Assembly: GCA_039586365.1 (NCBI GenBank)
Contig: JBDHKN010000026.1
Span: forward strand, 1-64,000
Direction: 5' to 3'
Origin: Gemmatimonadota bacterium
Lineage (GTDB): Bacteria > Gemmatimonadota > Gemmatimonadetes > Gemmatimonadales > GWC2-71-9
DNA length: 64,000 bases
A program made the position numbers and the translations under genes. This document shows, piece by piece, positions 29,691 to 39,949 of this stretch; the stretch's first letter is position 1; each line of letters opens with the position of its first letter. The notes under the pieces are model-generated. The model searched no databases. It was not told the DNA's origin and was given only the letters and a program-made list of their open reading frames with translations.

Positions 29691-31088
29691 ATGAACAGGT
29701 TGGTCTTCGCGGTCGGACTCGCGGTCGGTATCGGGCTCGCGGCCAGCGGCCTCTCGGCCCAGGCGGACGAGTGGCGACGTCCTGCATGCGAACTCGATAT
29801 GGGGCACTTCCTGGTGAAGAACGCCACCACGTACATGCAGGCGGCAACGGAAGAGGTGGATCCGAGCAAACGCGAGCAGCTGATGACGGATGCTTTCCGG
29901 AATCTGGCCGAGGCCATCTCCACCGACCAGGCCGAGAATCCGTCCGTCTGGTACTTCCTGGGACGATACTACGTGATGGCGAATGACGGAGTCGGAGCAG
30001 ACTCGGCTTTTGCTCACGTGGAGCAGACGGTACCGGAATGCCAGGAGGACATCACCTACTACCGACAGTCCACTTGGGTGAACGCGGTCAATCGCGGCAT
30101 CGATTCGCTGCGTGACGGGGCTTATGAGGGTGCGAAGTGGGAGTTTCGCAACGCTGCGGGAGTGTGGGACCGCTCCAACGTTCCGTTCTTCTACATGGCG
30201 AGCGTCTACGGGGACGAAGGTGAAATGGACTCGGCGCTCTACTATTTCAAGAAGGTCACGGACATAGGAACAGCAGACACCTCCCACCTCGACAATTACG
30301 AGACGGCTGTTGAGAACGTGGCCGTATTGTATCAGATGCTCGAGGATTGGGATTCCACGGTGGTATGGTATAGGAAGGTCCGGGAGCTCGATCCGGGTAA
30401 CACGGATGCGCTGTTTGGAATAGCTGAGGCGTACACCTACATGGGAGACACTGAGAACGCAGTCATGATCTATGACAGCGTCCTGGCCGATCCGGCGGCC
30501 ATGAGCGACCTCGATCTGTTCAATGCCGGTGTGAAGTTGTTCAACGTCGATGACTTCGACCGTGCGGTGAGAGCATTCGAGGCCGGACTAGCCAAGAACC
30601 CGAATCACCGCGACGCACTCTACAACATTGCCAATACATACCTGGCAATTGCGAACGACCAGACTCGCCCGCAGGCCGAGCGTGACGAGGCCCTGAGAGA
30701 CATGGACCGCGTTACACATGAGCTCTTGGACATCGACCCGCAGAACCGGCTGGCCTACCGCATCCTGGCAGCAGCCCACACAATGCAGGGAATGGACGAC
30801 TCAACAGCCATAGTCATGGATGCGATAGACGCTCTCGATTTCGAGGTGACCGTTGATCTGTCCAGGCCTGAATCGGGCAGCTACCTCCTGGCGGGTCGTG
30901 TGTTGAACCTGAGAGAGTCGGAGCTGGCGTTCCCGACAATAACGTTCGAGTTCCTCGATAGCGCAGGAACAGTGATCACGACAGCCTCCGTTCCCGGTGA
31001 AGCTCTGGAAGCAGGTGGCTCAAAGAGGTTCTCGTTCAATCAACCTGAAGCAGGCATAGCGGCCTGGAGATATCGGATCGGGTCGTAA
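29691..31088 (+). CDS. Exported tetratricopeptide-repeat protein with C-terminal FxLYD-like domain
   Basis: GAGGAG SD, signal peptide, multiple TPR-like helix pairs, beta-rich C-terminus (GRVLN..FEFLDSAG). Confidence 0.8.
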   Translation: MNRLVFAVGLAVGIGLAASGLSAQADEWRRPACELDMGHFLVKNATTYMQAATEEVDPSKREQLMTDAFRNLAEAISTDQAENPSVWYFLGRYYVMANDGVGADSAFAHVEQTVPECQEDITYYRQSTWVNAVNRGIDSLRDGAYEGAKWEFRNAAGVWDRSNVPFFYMASVYGDEGEMDSALYYFKKVTDIGTADTSHLDNYETAVENVAVLYQMLEDWDSTVVWYRKVRELDPGNTDALFGIAEAYTYMGDTENAVMIYDSVLADPAAMSDLDLFNAGVKLFNVDDFDRAVRAFEAGLAKNPNHRDALYNIANTYLAIANDQTRPQAERDEALRDMDRVTHELLDIDPQNRLAYRILAAAHTMQGMDDSTAIVMDAIDALDFEVTVDLSRPESGSYLLAGRVLNLRESELAFPTITFEFLDSAGTVITTASVPGEALEAGGSKRFSFNQPEAGIAAWRYRIGS

Positions 31089-31245
31089 GCAGTCACTGGT
31101 GTTCTGCGGGAGTAGCAGCCTACATCCTGCAGATAGACTTGTCGGGTCGGTGTCCTGCAGTTCTCCGTGTGGATGCCGACCCGTCCGCGTTCTGGTCTGC
31201 GCCTTGTCATGCAACGCGGGTGCGGGTGGGGAGCACTGGACTGCT
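31088..31245 (+). ncRNA. Putative long rod-shaped structured RNA (unclassified)
   Basis: Closing stem AGCAGTC/GACTGCT. Inner 13-bp stem 31143-31155/31171-31183 (with G-U pairs). Unpaired region between the stems. Confidence 0.25.
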
Positions 31246-31289
31246 AGGCTTGCTGTTGGCGCGTTTCTTGATATGTTTTTGCGACGCGC

Positions 31290-31361
<72 letters not shown>

Positions 31362-31364
31362 TCG

Positions 31365-31395
31365 CGAAGAGCCCCCATCCGGGGGCTTTTCGTTT
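31365..31395 (+). terminator. Intrinsic terminator after tRNA-Gly
   Basis: CGAAGAGCCCCC-ATCC-GGGGGCTTTTCG followed by TTT. Confidence 0.8.
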
Positions 31396-31460
31396 CGCTG
31401 CAGTTGTTGCATCCTACCCTCCAGGATCGCAGCGCGACCGGCTGGACCTTGAGTCCGCGG

Positions 31461-32123
31461 TCACGCTCGCTTGTGCTGTCGGCTGTAACTCCGCGCTCCA
31501 GCTTCCTCTCTGCTTCGTATAGCGGCCGATCCAGTGAGATATGGCAGGTCCATGTTGCCAAGTTCCTTGCGCTCTTGCCGATCGATCTCCTTGAGTATGC
31601 TCGCCACCCGGCGCTCCATTTCCGGACTCAGCGACGGCGTCCGCAGCAACCCGCGGTATAGTTCCCGCCGGTTCTCAAACTCCCGCCTGTCCCGCTCAAC
31701 CTTCTCCACCGTTGCACCGACCTTGCGCTTGACATCGAGCCACAGCAAGGGAGCCCCAGGCGTGTTCGAGTGGACCCGCTCTCGATCCATTCCCCAGTTG
31801 GCTGCCATCTCAGTGATCAGCTGTTCTCGCATCTGTTCGCGGACCGACTCCGCAGGGGTGACCTCTGCGCGCCACATGCTGCCGGTGCCGAGCAGCAGCC
31901 AGTCAAGCGACAGCTGGCCTCTGCGCGCCAGGACCAACAGACTCGGCAGATCCGGCACTGACGAACCGGCTGAGTGCTCTTTCGGTTTCCATCCACTTAC
32001 CGTGGTACGACCAATTCCGAACGCAGTCGTGAGTTTGTCCCAACTGCCCCCGAGCGCAGCGTCAACGTACTGCCCCAACCGCTGCCGAATCGCTGCTGCG
32101 TTGTCTACTGCGTTCCTGCCCAT
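31461..32123 (-). CDS. XRE/phage CI-like helix-turn-helix regulator
   Basis: KLTTAFGIGRTTVSGW HTH and LSLDWLLLGTGSM, typical of CI-type N-domains. AGGA SD. Confidence 0.7.
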   Translation of the reverse strand: MGRNAVDNAAAIRQRLGQYVDAALGGSWDKLTTAFGIGRTTVSGWKPKEHSAGSSVPDLPSLLVLARRGQLSLDWLLLGTGSMWRAEVTPAESVREQMREQLITEMAANWGMDRERVHSNTPGAPLLWLDVKRKVGATVEKVERDRREFENRRELYRGLLRTPSLSPEMERRVASILKEIDRQERKELGNMDLPYLTGSAAIRSREEAGARSYSRQHKRA

Positions 32124-32136
32124 GCCACAGTCCTGT

Positions 32137-32184
32137 TCAATTAATTGACGATCTGTTGACGGCTAATTGCCGCTAATGTAAAAC
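32137..32184. promoter_or_regulatory. AT-rich divergent control region with palindrome and sigma70-like promoter
   Basis: Perfect palindrome TCAATTAATTGA (32137-32148), tandem TTGACG (32145, 32156), TTGACG-N17-TAAAAC on +. Confidence 0.45.
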
Positions 32185-32364
32185 CATAAGTGGCGCGGGC
32201 GCCAGTAGCTGTGCCAGCCGGAAGAGCCATGACCCTGGGCCGCCAACCGTGAGGTGGCTGGGCCAAGATCACGCGGGCACAGTGCCGCCCGATTGGTGGG
32301 TACGGTGGCGGGGTCACTCTTCGTACCGGACCGCATGAGGTCCGCCGCCGACTCCTGCCATACC

Positions 32365-32393
32365 TTGTGCTAAGGATATGTAATTTATACACT
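32365..32393 (+). promoter_or_regulatory. sigma70-like promoter
   Basis: TTGTGC-N17-TACACT with an AT-rich spacer. Confidence 0.45.
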
Positions 32394-32491
32394 TATCTCA
32401 TCACGCCTGGCGTCGCAGGCGGTACGCCGGGCCACCGCTCGGAACCCCGAAGCGGACTCACGGAACCACGTGTCTGGGACGGAATGGTGCG

Positions 32492-32926
32492 ATGGTTAGA
32501 GCAAGCTCGGTCGTCGAACTGAGCCTGGAGGGTTACAGCGGGCGCGCCAACCGCGTCACCGTGACAGTCTCATCGTACGATCGATCGACGCGGATCCGTC
32601 GTGCGCTCGTCGGTCTGACCGTCGGTTGGGGACTCGCGCTGGTATCCCTGGCAGTGCCGCTGGCCCATTTCCTACTCGTCCCCGGCTTTCTGGTGTTCGG
32701 CATAATCCTGTTCACGCAGCGCATACGGCTGCGCCGGACCGCCAGTGACGCACACGGGACGTGTCCCGACTGCGGAGAGGCTCAGGAGTTCGATCTGCCG
32801 ACCCGGTGGCAGCTTCCAGCGCGGACAGCTTGTCGGCGGTGCCAACGTGTTCTCGAGCTTCGTGAAGCGAGCCGTGCACCATTACCACCCACTCACACCG
32901 AAGGCAGCGCTCCCTACAGTTCGTAG
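32492..32926 (+). CDS. Hypothetical membrane protein with C-terminal zinc ribbon
   Basis: Two TM helices followed by CPDC..CRRC. Confidence 0.65.
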   Translation: MVRASSVVELSLEGYSGRANRVTVTVSSYDRSTRIRRALVGLTVGWGLALVSLAVPLAHFLLVPGFLVFGIILFTQRIRLRRTASDAHGTCPDCGEAQEFDLPTRWQLPARTACRRCQRVLELREASRAPLPPTHTEGSAPYSS

Positions 32927-33025
32927 CAATGAACAGAGTCGGCAATTAGCTTTAGCCGTTTGCTGGAATCGCTGGCTCAGCCGAAAGTCCCGTGGTTCTT
33001 TCCCCTTTTACGCAGTGAAACCGTT

Positions 33026-34294
33026 GTGATTCTAGTGAAGTCCGTCGCGCCGGGCTCGCTCGGTGCGGAGCTTGGTCTGATTCCCGGCACGGAGTTGCTC
33101 ACGATCGATGGTCGTGGACTGAACGACTTCCTGGACTGGGAGTTCCTCGCCGCAGAGGAGCGTTTCGTACTGCTCGTCCGAGCGCCGGACGGCACGACAA
33201 CGGAGTACGACATTGAACGCTCCGAGGGCGATTCCCTCGGTATCGAATTGGAGCCACCTCGCGTGCGTCGCTGTGCGAACCGTTGTGATTTTTGCTTCGT
33301 GGATGGCAACCCTGAAGGGATGCGCCCAGCGCTCTACATCCGTGACGACGACTATCGCCTTTCATTTCGGTATGGAAACTTCGCCACTCTGACCAATCTG
33401 AAGCAGGGTGACATCAATCGGATCGTCGAGTACCGTCTGAGCCCGCTTTATGTTTCGGTACACGCCACTGATCCTGTCACTCGGCGGCGACTGCTCCGCA
33501 ATCCCAAGGCCCCGGACATACTGTCACAACTCAGGTTCTTTGGTGAGACGGCCATACAGTGCCACACTCAGATCGTGCTCCAGCCTGGGGTCAATGACGG
33601 AGCGGTACTGCGCCAGAGTCTAGCAGACCTGTTCGAACTCGGCGACACGGTGCTGTCCGTCTCGGTGGTGCCTGTCGGACTCACCGAGTTTTCCAGGCAC
33701 GACCTGGTCCGCGAACTCACTGCGGCAGAGTGCCTTGCCGCAGTGTCGACTATAGATGAGCTCGCCGCACGTGCGCTGAAGGATCGCGCGTATCACTGGG
33801 CCTACGGATCGGACGATCTCTATTGCGAGGCCGGTTTGCCCCTGCCGCCCGCGAGCCGCTACGACGGATTCGAACAGGTTGAGAACGGTGTGGGTAGCGT
33901 ACGCTACCTCCAGCGGTGCATCTCGGGCCTCGACGCCGACTGGTCGGGTAGTCGCATCGGTGTCGCCACCGGCGCAGCGATGGGGCGTCTGATGCCGCAG
34001 GTGATCTCCCACGTGGCGGCGGCCACTCACGCTTCGTTCGAACTCTTGGTACTGCAAAACGACTTGTTCGGGCCATCCGTTACCACCGCCGGGCTCTTGG
34101 CGGGCAGGGCATTTGTAAAGGCGCTAGATGGACGCGGTGATCTTGACCTCGCTCTGATCCCCGCAGAGGCAGTGAACGACGACGGGGTCTTCATTGACGA
34201 CATGACGCTGGACGAAGTGGAGGGTTCGGTGCCGCTACAAGTTCGGCTTTCCTACCACTTCTCAGATGCGTTGGGGGGGCAGGGCGACCGGTGA
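33026..34294 (+). CDS. DUF512 family PDZ + radical-SAM-like Fe-S protein
   Basis: PDZ-like N-terminus, CANRCDFCFVD, RDDDYRLSF, QVENGVG. Start approximate. Upstream of der, as commonly seen. Confidence 0.85.
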   Translation: MILVKSVAPGSLGAELGLIPGTELLTIDGRGLNDFLDWEFLAAEERFVLLVRAPDGTTTEYDIERSEGDSLGIELEPPRVRRCANRCDFCFVDGNPEGMRPALYIRDDDYRLSFRYGNFATLTNLKQGDINRIVEYRLSPLYVSVHATDPVTRRRLLRNPKAPDILSQLRFFGETAIQCHTQIVLQPGVNDGAVLRQSLADLFELGDTVLSVSVVPVGLTEFSRHDLVRELTAAECLAAVSTIDELAARALKDRAYHWAYGSDDLYCEAGLPLPPASRYDGFEQVENGVGSVRYLQRCISGLDADWSGSRIGVATGAAMGRLMPQVISHVAAATHASFELLVLQNDLFGPSVTTAGLLAGRAFVKALDGRGDLDLALIPAEAVNDDGVFIDDMTLDEVEGSVPLQVRLSYHFSDALGGQGDR

Positions 34295-35607
34295 ACACGC
34301 CCACGGTAGCGATCGTAGGCCGGCCGAACGTAGGAAAATCGACGCTGTTCAACAGGATAACGGGCGGGCGCCGCGCCATTGTGGATGACCGATCCGGCGT
34401 TACCCGAGACCGGAATTTCGCCACTGCCGAGTGGGCTGGTCACCGCTTCTGGCTGGTCGATACGGGGGGATGGACGTCCGGCGATGAAATAAGTGCGGCG
34501 ATCAGGCGGCAAATCCAGCTGGCCATCGAACAGTCGAACGCGATCATCTGTGTAGTCGATATTCAGACCGGGGTGCATCCAGCTGACCTAGAGATCGCCG
34601 AGGTTCTGAGACCCCACCGGGCACGAGTGCTCGTCGCCGTCAACAAAGCGGACCACCTGCCCGATGAAACGGGCCATCACGCGTTTCACGAGTTGGGCCT
34701 GGGAGAGCCGCTACCGGTATCAGCCGCCACCGGTAAGGCGAGCGGCGACTTGTTGGACCGCCTGGTCCAGTTGCTGCCCCAGGCCTCCCCAGAAGCAGCG
34801 GCGGATGCTGTGGAAGTGGCCGTGCTGGGACGTCCCAACGTGGGCAAGTCCAGCCTGATGAATCGGCTGCTTGGACAGGAACGGTCGGTGGTCGCCGAAC
34901 AGGCCGGCACGACAAGAGATGCTGTGGACTCCCCCTTGCAATACCATGGAAGATCCCTCAACTTCATTGACACCGCAGGGTTACGGAAGCGATCGAAAGT
35001 AGAAGATGAGATCGAGTTCTACTCGACCCTGCGCACTGAACGGGCGATTCAGAGGGCGGACGTGTGTGTCCTGGTGGTCGATGCCGTGGTGGGGGTCCAT
35101 GCGCAGGATCTCAAGATCGCACATCGGGTGTTGGATAGGGGAGCGGGGCTGATTGTGGCAGTCAACAAGTGGGACCTGGTTGCCGAGAAGGACACCACGA
35201 CGGCCCAGCGGGGGGAACGCGCCGTATTGGAGAAGGCCCCCTTCCTCGCGGCTTACCCGTTCGTGTATGTGTCGGCTCTAACCGGGATGCGCACTCGGAA
35301 GGTTCTTGACTTGATAGTGCAGGTCGCGACAGCGAGGGAGAGTCGCGTCGGTACGGCGGCAGTGAATCGCGTGGTTGAGGCCTTGGTGGCCCGCAGCCAA
35401 CCACCGCAGAAATCCGGCAAGGAGGTCAAGCTGTTGTATGCGTCGCAGGTCGGCACCAAGCCGCCGACATTTGCGATAGTCTCCAACCGCCCAGCAGATA
35501 TCCCGGAATCGTACCGTCGTTTCTTGGAGCGAGGATTCAGGGAAGCTTGGGACTTCACGGGAGTGCCGCTGCACATCAAGTATCGTCGCAAACGGGGCAG
35601 GGAATGA
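34291..35607 (+). CDS. der: Ribosome biogenesis GTPase Der (EngA)
   Basis: Two tandem GRPNVGKS / DTGG-DTAG / NKxD G-domains plus a KH-like C-terminus. Confidence 0.97.
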   Translation: MNTPTVAIVGRPNVGKSTLFNRITGGRRAIVDDRSGVTRDRNFATAEWAGHRFWLVDTGGWTSGDEISAAIRRQIQLAIEQSNAIICVVDIQTGVHPADLEIAEVLRPHRARVLVAVNKADHLPDETGHHAFHELGLGEPLPVSAATGKASGDLLDRLVQLLPQASPEAAADAVEVAVLGRPNVGKSSLMNRLLGQERSVVAEQAGTTRDAVDSPLQYHGRSLNFIDTAGLRKRSKVEDEIEFYSTLRTERAIQRADVCVLVVDAVVGVHAQDLKIAHRVLDRGAGLIVAVNKWDLVAEKDTTTAQRGERAVLEKAPFLAAYPFVYVSALTGMRTRKVLDLIVQVATARESRVGTAAVNRVVEALVARSQPPQKSGKEVKLLYASQVGTKPPTFAIVSNRPADIPESYRRFLERGFREAWDFTGVPLHIKYRRKRGRE

Positions 35608-36209
35608 CACTGGCGCTGTGGATTCTCGCCGCCTACGCGATGGGGTCGATCCCAACGAGTTATCTGGCCGGACGGGTCGCCGGAGTAGATCTGCGCCAGC
35701 ACGGCAGCAAGAACCTGGGCGCCACCAACGTGTACCGCGTGCTGGGTTGGAGGTATGCTGTTCCAACCGGGCTAGTGGATGTGGCGAAGGGAGCGATCCC
35801 GGTGGTCCTGTTCGCACCGCGAGCTGGCTCGGCATCGTGGATCCCGATGCTGATCGGGGTGGCCGCAGTCCTGGGACACGTCTTCTCGATCTTCTTGAAG
35901 TTCCGCGGCGGGAAGGGCGTCGCGACGGCAGCCGGCGCGGTGCTCGCTCTCGCCCCAGCAGCGCTCGGTGTTAGTGCTCTGGTGTGGGTTGGGATCCTGC
36001 TGGTATCCGGTTACGTGTCCTTGGCGTCCATCCTCGGTGCCCTGGCATTTCCGGTCGCCGCACGAATCACCGAGCCGGAAGACAGCTATGCCTTCGGCAT
36101 CGGTCTGGTGTTGGTGTTGTTTATCATCTTCACACACCGGTCCAACATCCGGCGCCTGGCAACGGGCACGGAGAACCGCTTTGGTCGGCGTGCCAGGGAG
36201 CGGGTATAG
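35604..36209 (+). CDS. plsY: Glycerol-3-phosphate acyltransferase PlsY
   Basis: GSKNLGATN, FRGGKGVAT and HRSNIRRL motifs. ATGA overlap. Confidence 0.95.
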   Translation: MTLALWILAAYAMGSIPTSYLAGRVAGVDLRQHGSKNLGATNVYRVLGWRYAVPTGLVDVAKGAIPVVLFAPRAGSASWIPMLIGVAAVLGHVFSIFLKFRGGKGVATAAGAVLALAPAALGVSALVWVGILLVSGYVSLASILGALAFPVAARITEPEDSYAFGIGLVLVLFIIFTHRSNIRRLATGTENRFGRRARERV

Positions 36210-37207
36210 TGGACGTCGCTGTGGTGGGCGCCGGAAGCTGGGGAACGACACTGAGCCACCTGCTTGCAGGACGCGGCCACCGGGTTCGCATTTGGGCTCG
36301 GGAGACTGAGGTCGTTGAGTCTATCAATCGCGAGCGGCTGAACAGCGTCTTTCTCCCCGATTGCCCTCTGGACCCGGCAATCAGAGCTTCAAATGAGATA
36401 GAGGAGACCGTTCAGGGGGCCGAGGTAGTCGTTTCCGCCGCTCCTTCGCACGCCGTCCGAGACGTGACTGCCCAGGTGCATGCGGCACTGAGGGGAGCTG
36501 AGCCGCTGGTGGTCAGCGTCTCCAAAGGTCTCGAGACGGGCACACTCGACACCATGACCCAGGTTATGGAGCAGACCCTTCCGGGTCTGCGTGCTGTCGC
36601 TCTGTCAGGTCCGAGTTTTGCGGACGAGGTATACGCAAAGCGGCCAACCGCCGTGGTCGCGGCGGGCGTTGATCCCACCCTGACGAGGCTGGCACAGCAG
36701 GTCTTCTCTACAAGCCACCTGCGCGTCTACACCAGCCGCGATCCCCTGGGAGTACAACTTGCAGGTGCTCTGAAGAACGTGATCGCGATAGCGTCCGGCA
36801 TTCTGGATGGGCTGGGCCTGGGAAACAACGCCCGGGCAGCGCTGATCACACGTGGCTTGGCTGAGATAGCGCGGCTGGGACAGAGTCTCAGGTGCGACCC
36901 GATGACCTTTGCAGGCCTGGCGGGCATGGGCGACCTGATCCTCACTACTTCCGGTGCCCAAAGTCGCAACAGGTCTCTAGGCATGGAACTCGCCTCGGGC
37001 AAGTCGCTGGAACAGATACTGGCGAGTCGGCGGACAGTAGCAGAGGGTGTCCTCACGACCCGAGCGGCTGTGGTGCTCGGTGAAAGAACTGGAGTTGAGC
37101 TGCCCATTGCCCAGGAAGTAGGGAATGTGCTGTTCCACCAAAAGGAGCTTACACAGGCGATCAGTGACCTGATGGAGCGCGAACTCAAGCCTGAGCAATG
37201 GTCATGA
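36209..37207 (+). CDS. gpsA: NAD(P)H-dependent glycerol-3-phosphate dehydrogenase
   Basis: GAGSWG, LSGPSFA, GALKNVIAI and GLAGMGDL motifs. Confidence 0.95.
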   Translation: MDVAVVGAGSWGTTLSHLLAGRGHRVRIWARETEVVESINRERLNSVFLPDCPLDPAIRASNEIEETVQGAEVVVSAAPSHAVRDVTAQVHAALRGAEPLVVSVSKGLETGTLDTMTQVMEQTLPGLRAVALSGPSFADEVYAKRPTAVVAAGVDPTLTRLAQQVFSTSHLRVYTSRDPLGVQLAGALKNVIAIASGILDGLGLGNNARAALITRGLAEIARLGQSLRCDPMTFAGLAGMGDLILTTSGAQSRNRSLGMELASGKSLEQILASRRTVAEGVLTTRAAVVLGERTGVELPIAQEVGNVLFHQKELTQAISDLMERELKPEQWS

Positions 37208-37581
37208 CCGTACCGCATCCCGTACAAGAGTACTTCTCGATCGGTGACGTGTGCCAGCTTACGGATCTCAAGCCGCATGTGTTGAGGTATTGGGAGAGCC
37301 AGTTCCGCTTCTTGAATCCAGTCAAGAACAGATCGGGCAACCGCGTTTATCAGCGCCGCGAGATCGAGTTGATCATGCTGGTAAAGCACCTGCTATACAC
37401 GGAGAAATTCACTATCGAGGGTGCGCGCAAACGAATTGAGCAATACCGTCGAACCGGATCGCTTAAGACCGAAGCTCGCTTTGCCCTGCAACACGAGAGC
37501 ATTGAGAATCTGACCCGCGAACTCCGGGTTATCCTCGCCATCATCGACGGAACCACTCCAGTTGAAGATCCTGATCACTAA
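37204..37581 (+). CDS. MerR family transcriptional regulator
   Basis: YFSIGDV..HVLRYWE..GNRVY..FTIEGA. Confidence 0.9.
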   Translation: MTVPHPVQEYFSIGDVCQLTDLKPHVLRYWESQFRFLNPVKNRSGNRVYQRREIELIMLVKHLLYTEKFTIEGARKRIEQYRRTGSLKTEARFALQHESIENLTRELRVILAIIDGTTPVEDPDH

Positions 37582-38317
37582 CGACGACGGTATCAACGCC
37601 CGGGGCCTCGAGATTCTGGCTGAGGTGTGCCGGCGGGTGGCACAGGTGGACGTTGTGGCACCGGACCGGGAGCAAAGCGGCTCGAGCCACTCACTTACCC
37701 TCCACCGGCCACTGAGGCCAGTGCTCCGGCCTGACGGCTCCTTTCAGGTCGATGGGACTCCCACCGATTGTGTCCTCCTCGCTCTGGGCGAGCTCCTGGC
37801 AGACAAACCCGATTTCGTGTTCTCCGGTGTGAACCACGGGCCCAACATGGGAGAGGACGTGCTGTATTCGGGAACTGTGGCGGCCGCAATGGAGGGTTTG
37901 ACGTTGGGGATACCCGGTGTGGCAATATCCTTGGCCGGCTTCACCCTGGATGTGATGGAAAGTCACCGAGAGTGGTTGGAACAGCTGGTGGCGCGCATCG
38001 TCCAGATCGAAGATTTCCCGAAGGAAACCCTGCTCAACGTGAATCTTCCACCAATACCGGGGGACGAGATCAAGGGAATCCGTACCACGACGCTCGGCAA
38101 GCGGGTCTACTCGGAGTCATTGGTGGAAACGCAGGATCCTTGGGGCCGCACTGTCTACTGGATTGGAGGAGGGCAGATCTCTTGGTCGGGCCGCGGCAGG
38201 GAAGACTGCGACTTCCGGGCGATTCAGGACGGTTTCGTATCTGTGACACCCCTGCACGTGGACCTGACCAACTACCCACTGCTCGAAGACGTTCAGCAAT
38301 GGCACCTGGGAGATTAG
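37562..38317 (+). CDS. surE: 5'/3'-nucleotidase SurE
   Basis: ILITNDDG, GTPTDC and SGVNHGPN..YSGT motifs. Confidence 0.96.
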   Translation: MKILITNDDGINARGLEILAEVCRRVAQVDVVAPDREQSGSSHSLTLHRPLRPVLRPDGSFQVDGTPTDCVLLALGELLADKPDFVFSGVNHGPNMGEDVLYSGTVAAAMEGLTLGIPGVAISLAGFTLDVMESHREWLEQLVARIVQIEDFPKETLLNVNLPPIPGDEIKGIRTTTLGKRVYSESLVETQDPWGRTVYWIGGGQISWSGRGREDCDFRAIQDGFVSVTPLHVDLTNYPLLEDVQQWHLGD

Positions 38318-38982
38318 CTGACGGCTTCGGCGGATACCGGACCCGCCTCGTCGAGCAACTACGAGAGAACGGCATTCGCGATCTCGCGGTGCTACATGCG
38401 TTCGGAGAGACCGCCAGGCATTTGTTTGTCCCTGAGGCGCTCAGACGCCGTGCGTACGAAGATGTGGCACTCCCAATAGGTAACGGTCAGACGATTTCCC
38501 AACCGACGACCCAGGCTCGCTATCTGGAGGCTCTCAAGTTCGAGGGCACTGAACGAGTGCTCGAGGTCGGCACAGGTTCAGGCTACCAGTCGGCCCTGCT
38601 AGCCCACTTGGTAGTGCGAGTTATCACCATTGAGAGGATCGCCGGACTCGCCGCTCGGGCCCGCGCTGTCCTTGCGGAGATCGGTGCCCACAGGGTCCAG
38701 GTCGTCCACGGGGACGGATCACTCGGCTGGCTTCCCGAGGCGCCCTACGAGGCCATTCTGGTCGCTGCCGCAAGCCCAACGGTACCCGAGCCTCTGGTGC
38801 GACAGCTGGCAGCCGGTGGCAGTCTAGTGATACCGCTGGAGCGTTCCGGCTCTCAGATTCTGTGTCGGATCACGAGGTCAGGCAGCGAGCTCGTCGAGCA
38901 GGAGTTGGGCCCGGTACAGTTCGTACCACTACTGGGAAAACACGGCTATCCCACGGAACCAAATCCCTCGGGACCCTACTGA
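38299..38982 (+). CDS. pcm: Protein-L-isoaspartate O-methyltransferase
   Basis: GQTISQP, VLEVGTGSGYQ and APYEAILVAAA motifs. Follows surE. Confidence 0.94.
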   Translation: MAPGRLADGFGGYRTRLVEQLRENGIRDLAVLHAFGETARHLFVPEALRRRAYEDVALPIGNGQTISQPTTQARYLEALKFEGTERVLEVGTGSGYQSALLAHLVVRVITIERIAGLAARARAVLAEIGAHRVQVVHGDGSLGWLPEAPYEAILVAAASPTVPEPLVRQLAAGGSLVIPLERSGSQILCRITRSGSELVEQELGPVQFVPLLGKHGYPTEPNPSGPY

Positions 38983-39668
38983 TGATAGAGACAGCGGTTC
39001 AATGGCTCACCGAAGTAGTCTTCCAGCTTGGCTACCTGGGAATCATGCTGCTAATGACCTTGGAGTCGTCTTTCGTACCGTTTCCTAGCGAGGTTGTCTT
39101 GCCGCCCGCCGGATACCTGGCTGCCCAAGGTCGTATGAGTGCTCCCGTCGCCCTTGCTGCGGGGCTGACGGGAAGTCTGATCGGGGCTCTGCTGAACTAC
39201 GTGCTGGCGGTGAAACTCGGCCGCCCGCTGCTGCACCAGTATGGGAAGTACTTCTTGATCAAAGAGAAATCACTCGATCGGGCCGAAGCGTTTTTCCAAC
39301 GCCATGGCGAGATCAGCACGTTCATTGGACGTTTGATACCGGTGATCAGGCAGCTCATCTCGTTGCCAGCGGGGGTCGCGCGGATGCGCCTGGATCGGTT
39401 CATTGCCTACACGGCACTCGGTGCCGGAATCTGGTGTGCAATCTTGACTTACATAGGCTGGTATGTGGGGAAACATGCCACGATCGTGGCTGATTTTGAC
39501 GAACTGCTGACCAGCCCTGAGGTGCGTAGCCTCTCCCGTCAGGCGTTGCTAGTCATCATCCCGCTTATCGCCGTAGTGCTCGCCGTCTACATGTACCACT
39601 ACCGGCGCCGGCGTAAGCTTCGCGAGGCCAGCGGGGCAGGGCACCTGGAATCGGGAGACGTAGGATGA
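38982..39668 (+). CDS. DedA family membrane protein
   Basis: [11 protein letters not shown] and [17 protein letters not shown] motifs. Confidence 0.92.
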   Translation: MIETAVQWLTEVVFQLGYLGIMLLMTLESSFVPFPSEVVLPPAGYLAAQGRMSAPVALAAGLTGSLIGALLNYVLAVKLGRPLLHQYGKYFLIKEKSLDRAEAFFQRHGEISTFIGRLIPVIRQLISLPAGVARMRLDRFIAYTALGAGIWCAILTYIGWYVGKHATIVADFDELLTSPEVRSLSRQALLVIIPLIAVVLAVYMYHYRRRRKLREASGAGHLESGDVG

Positions 39669-39949
39669 GCCACGGGGACACAGCTAGCCGGTGGCTCATA
39701 TCGGGCAGAGTGCAGGGCGTTGGCTTTCGGTGGTTCGTGTACCGGTATGCCGAAGAACTCGGCGTGCAGGGATGGGCCAGGAACCTGCCGGATGGGCGGG
39801 TCGAGGTTGTAGCCACGGGGGAGCCGAGGGTCGTGGAGCAGTTCGAGCAAGTACTCCATCGGGGGCCACTCCTAGCCAGAGTTGAGCATGTGGAAAAGGA
39901 GGATTATCCACATGAACTGGCGGCCTCCAAGCCATTTGATATCAGGTAA
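39665..39949 (+). CDS. acyP: Acylphosphatase
   Basis: GRVQGVGFR and [12 protein letters not shown] motifs. Confidence 0.94.
   Translation: MSHGDTASRWLISGRVQGVGFRWFVYRYAEELGVQGWARNLPDGRVEVVATGEPRVVEQFEQVLHRGPLLARVEHVEKEDYPHELAASKPFDIR

Noticed and set aside
32400..32491. Riboswitch in the leader of the zinc-ribbon membrane gene
   Set aside because: Two small hairpins, but no match I can recognise to a known aptamer consensus.
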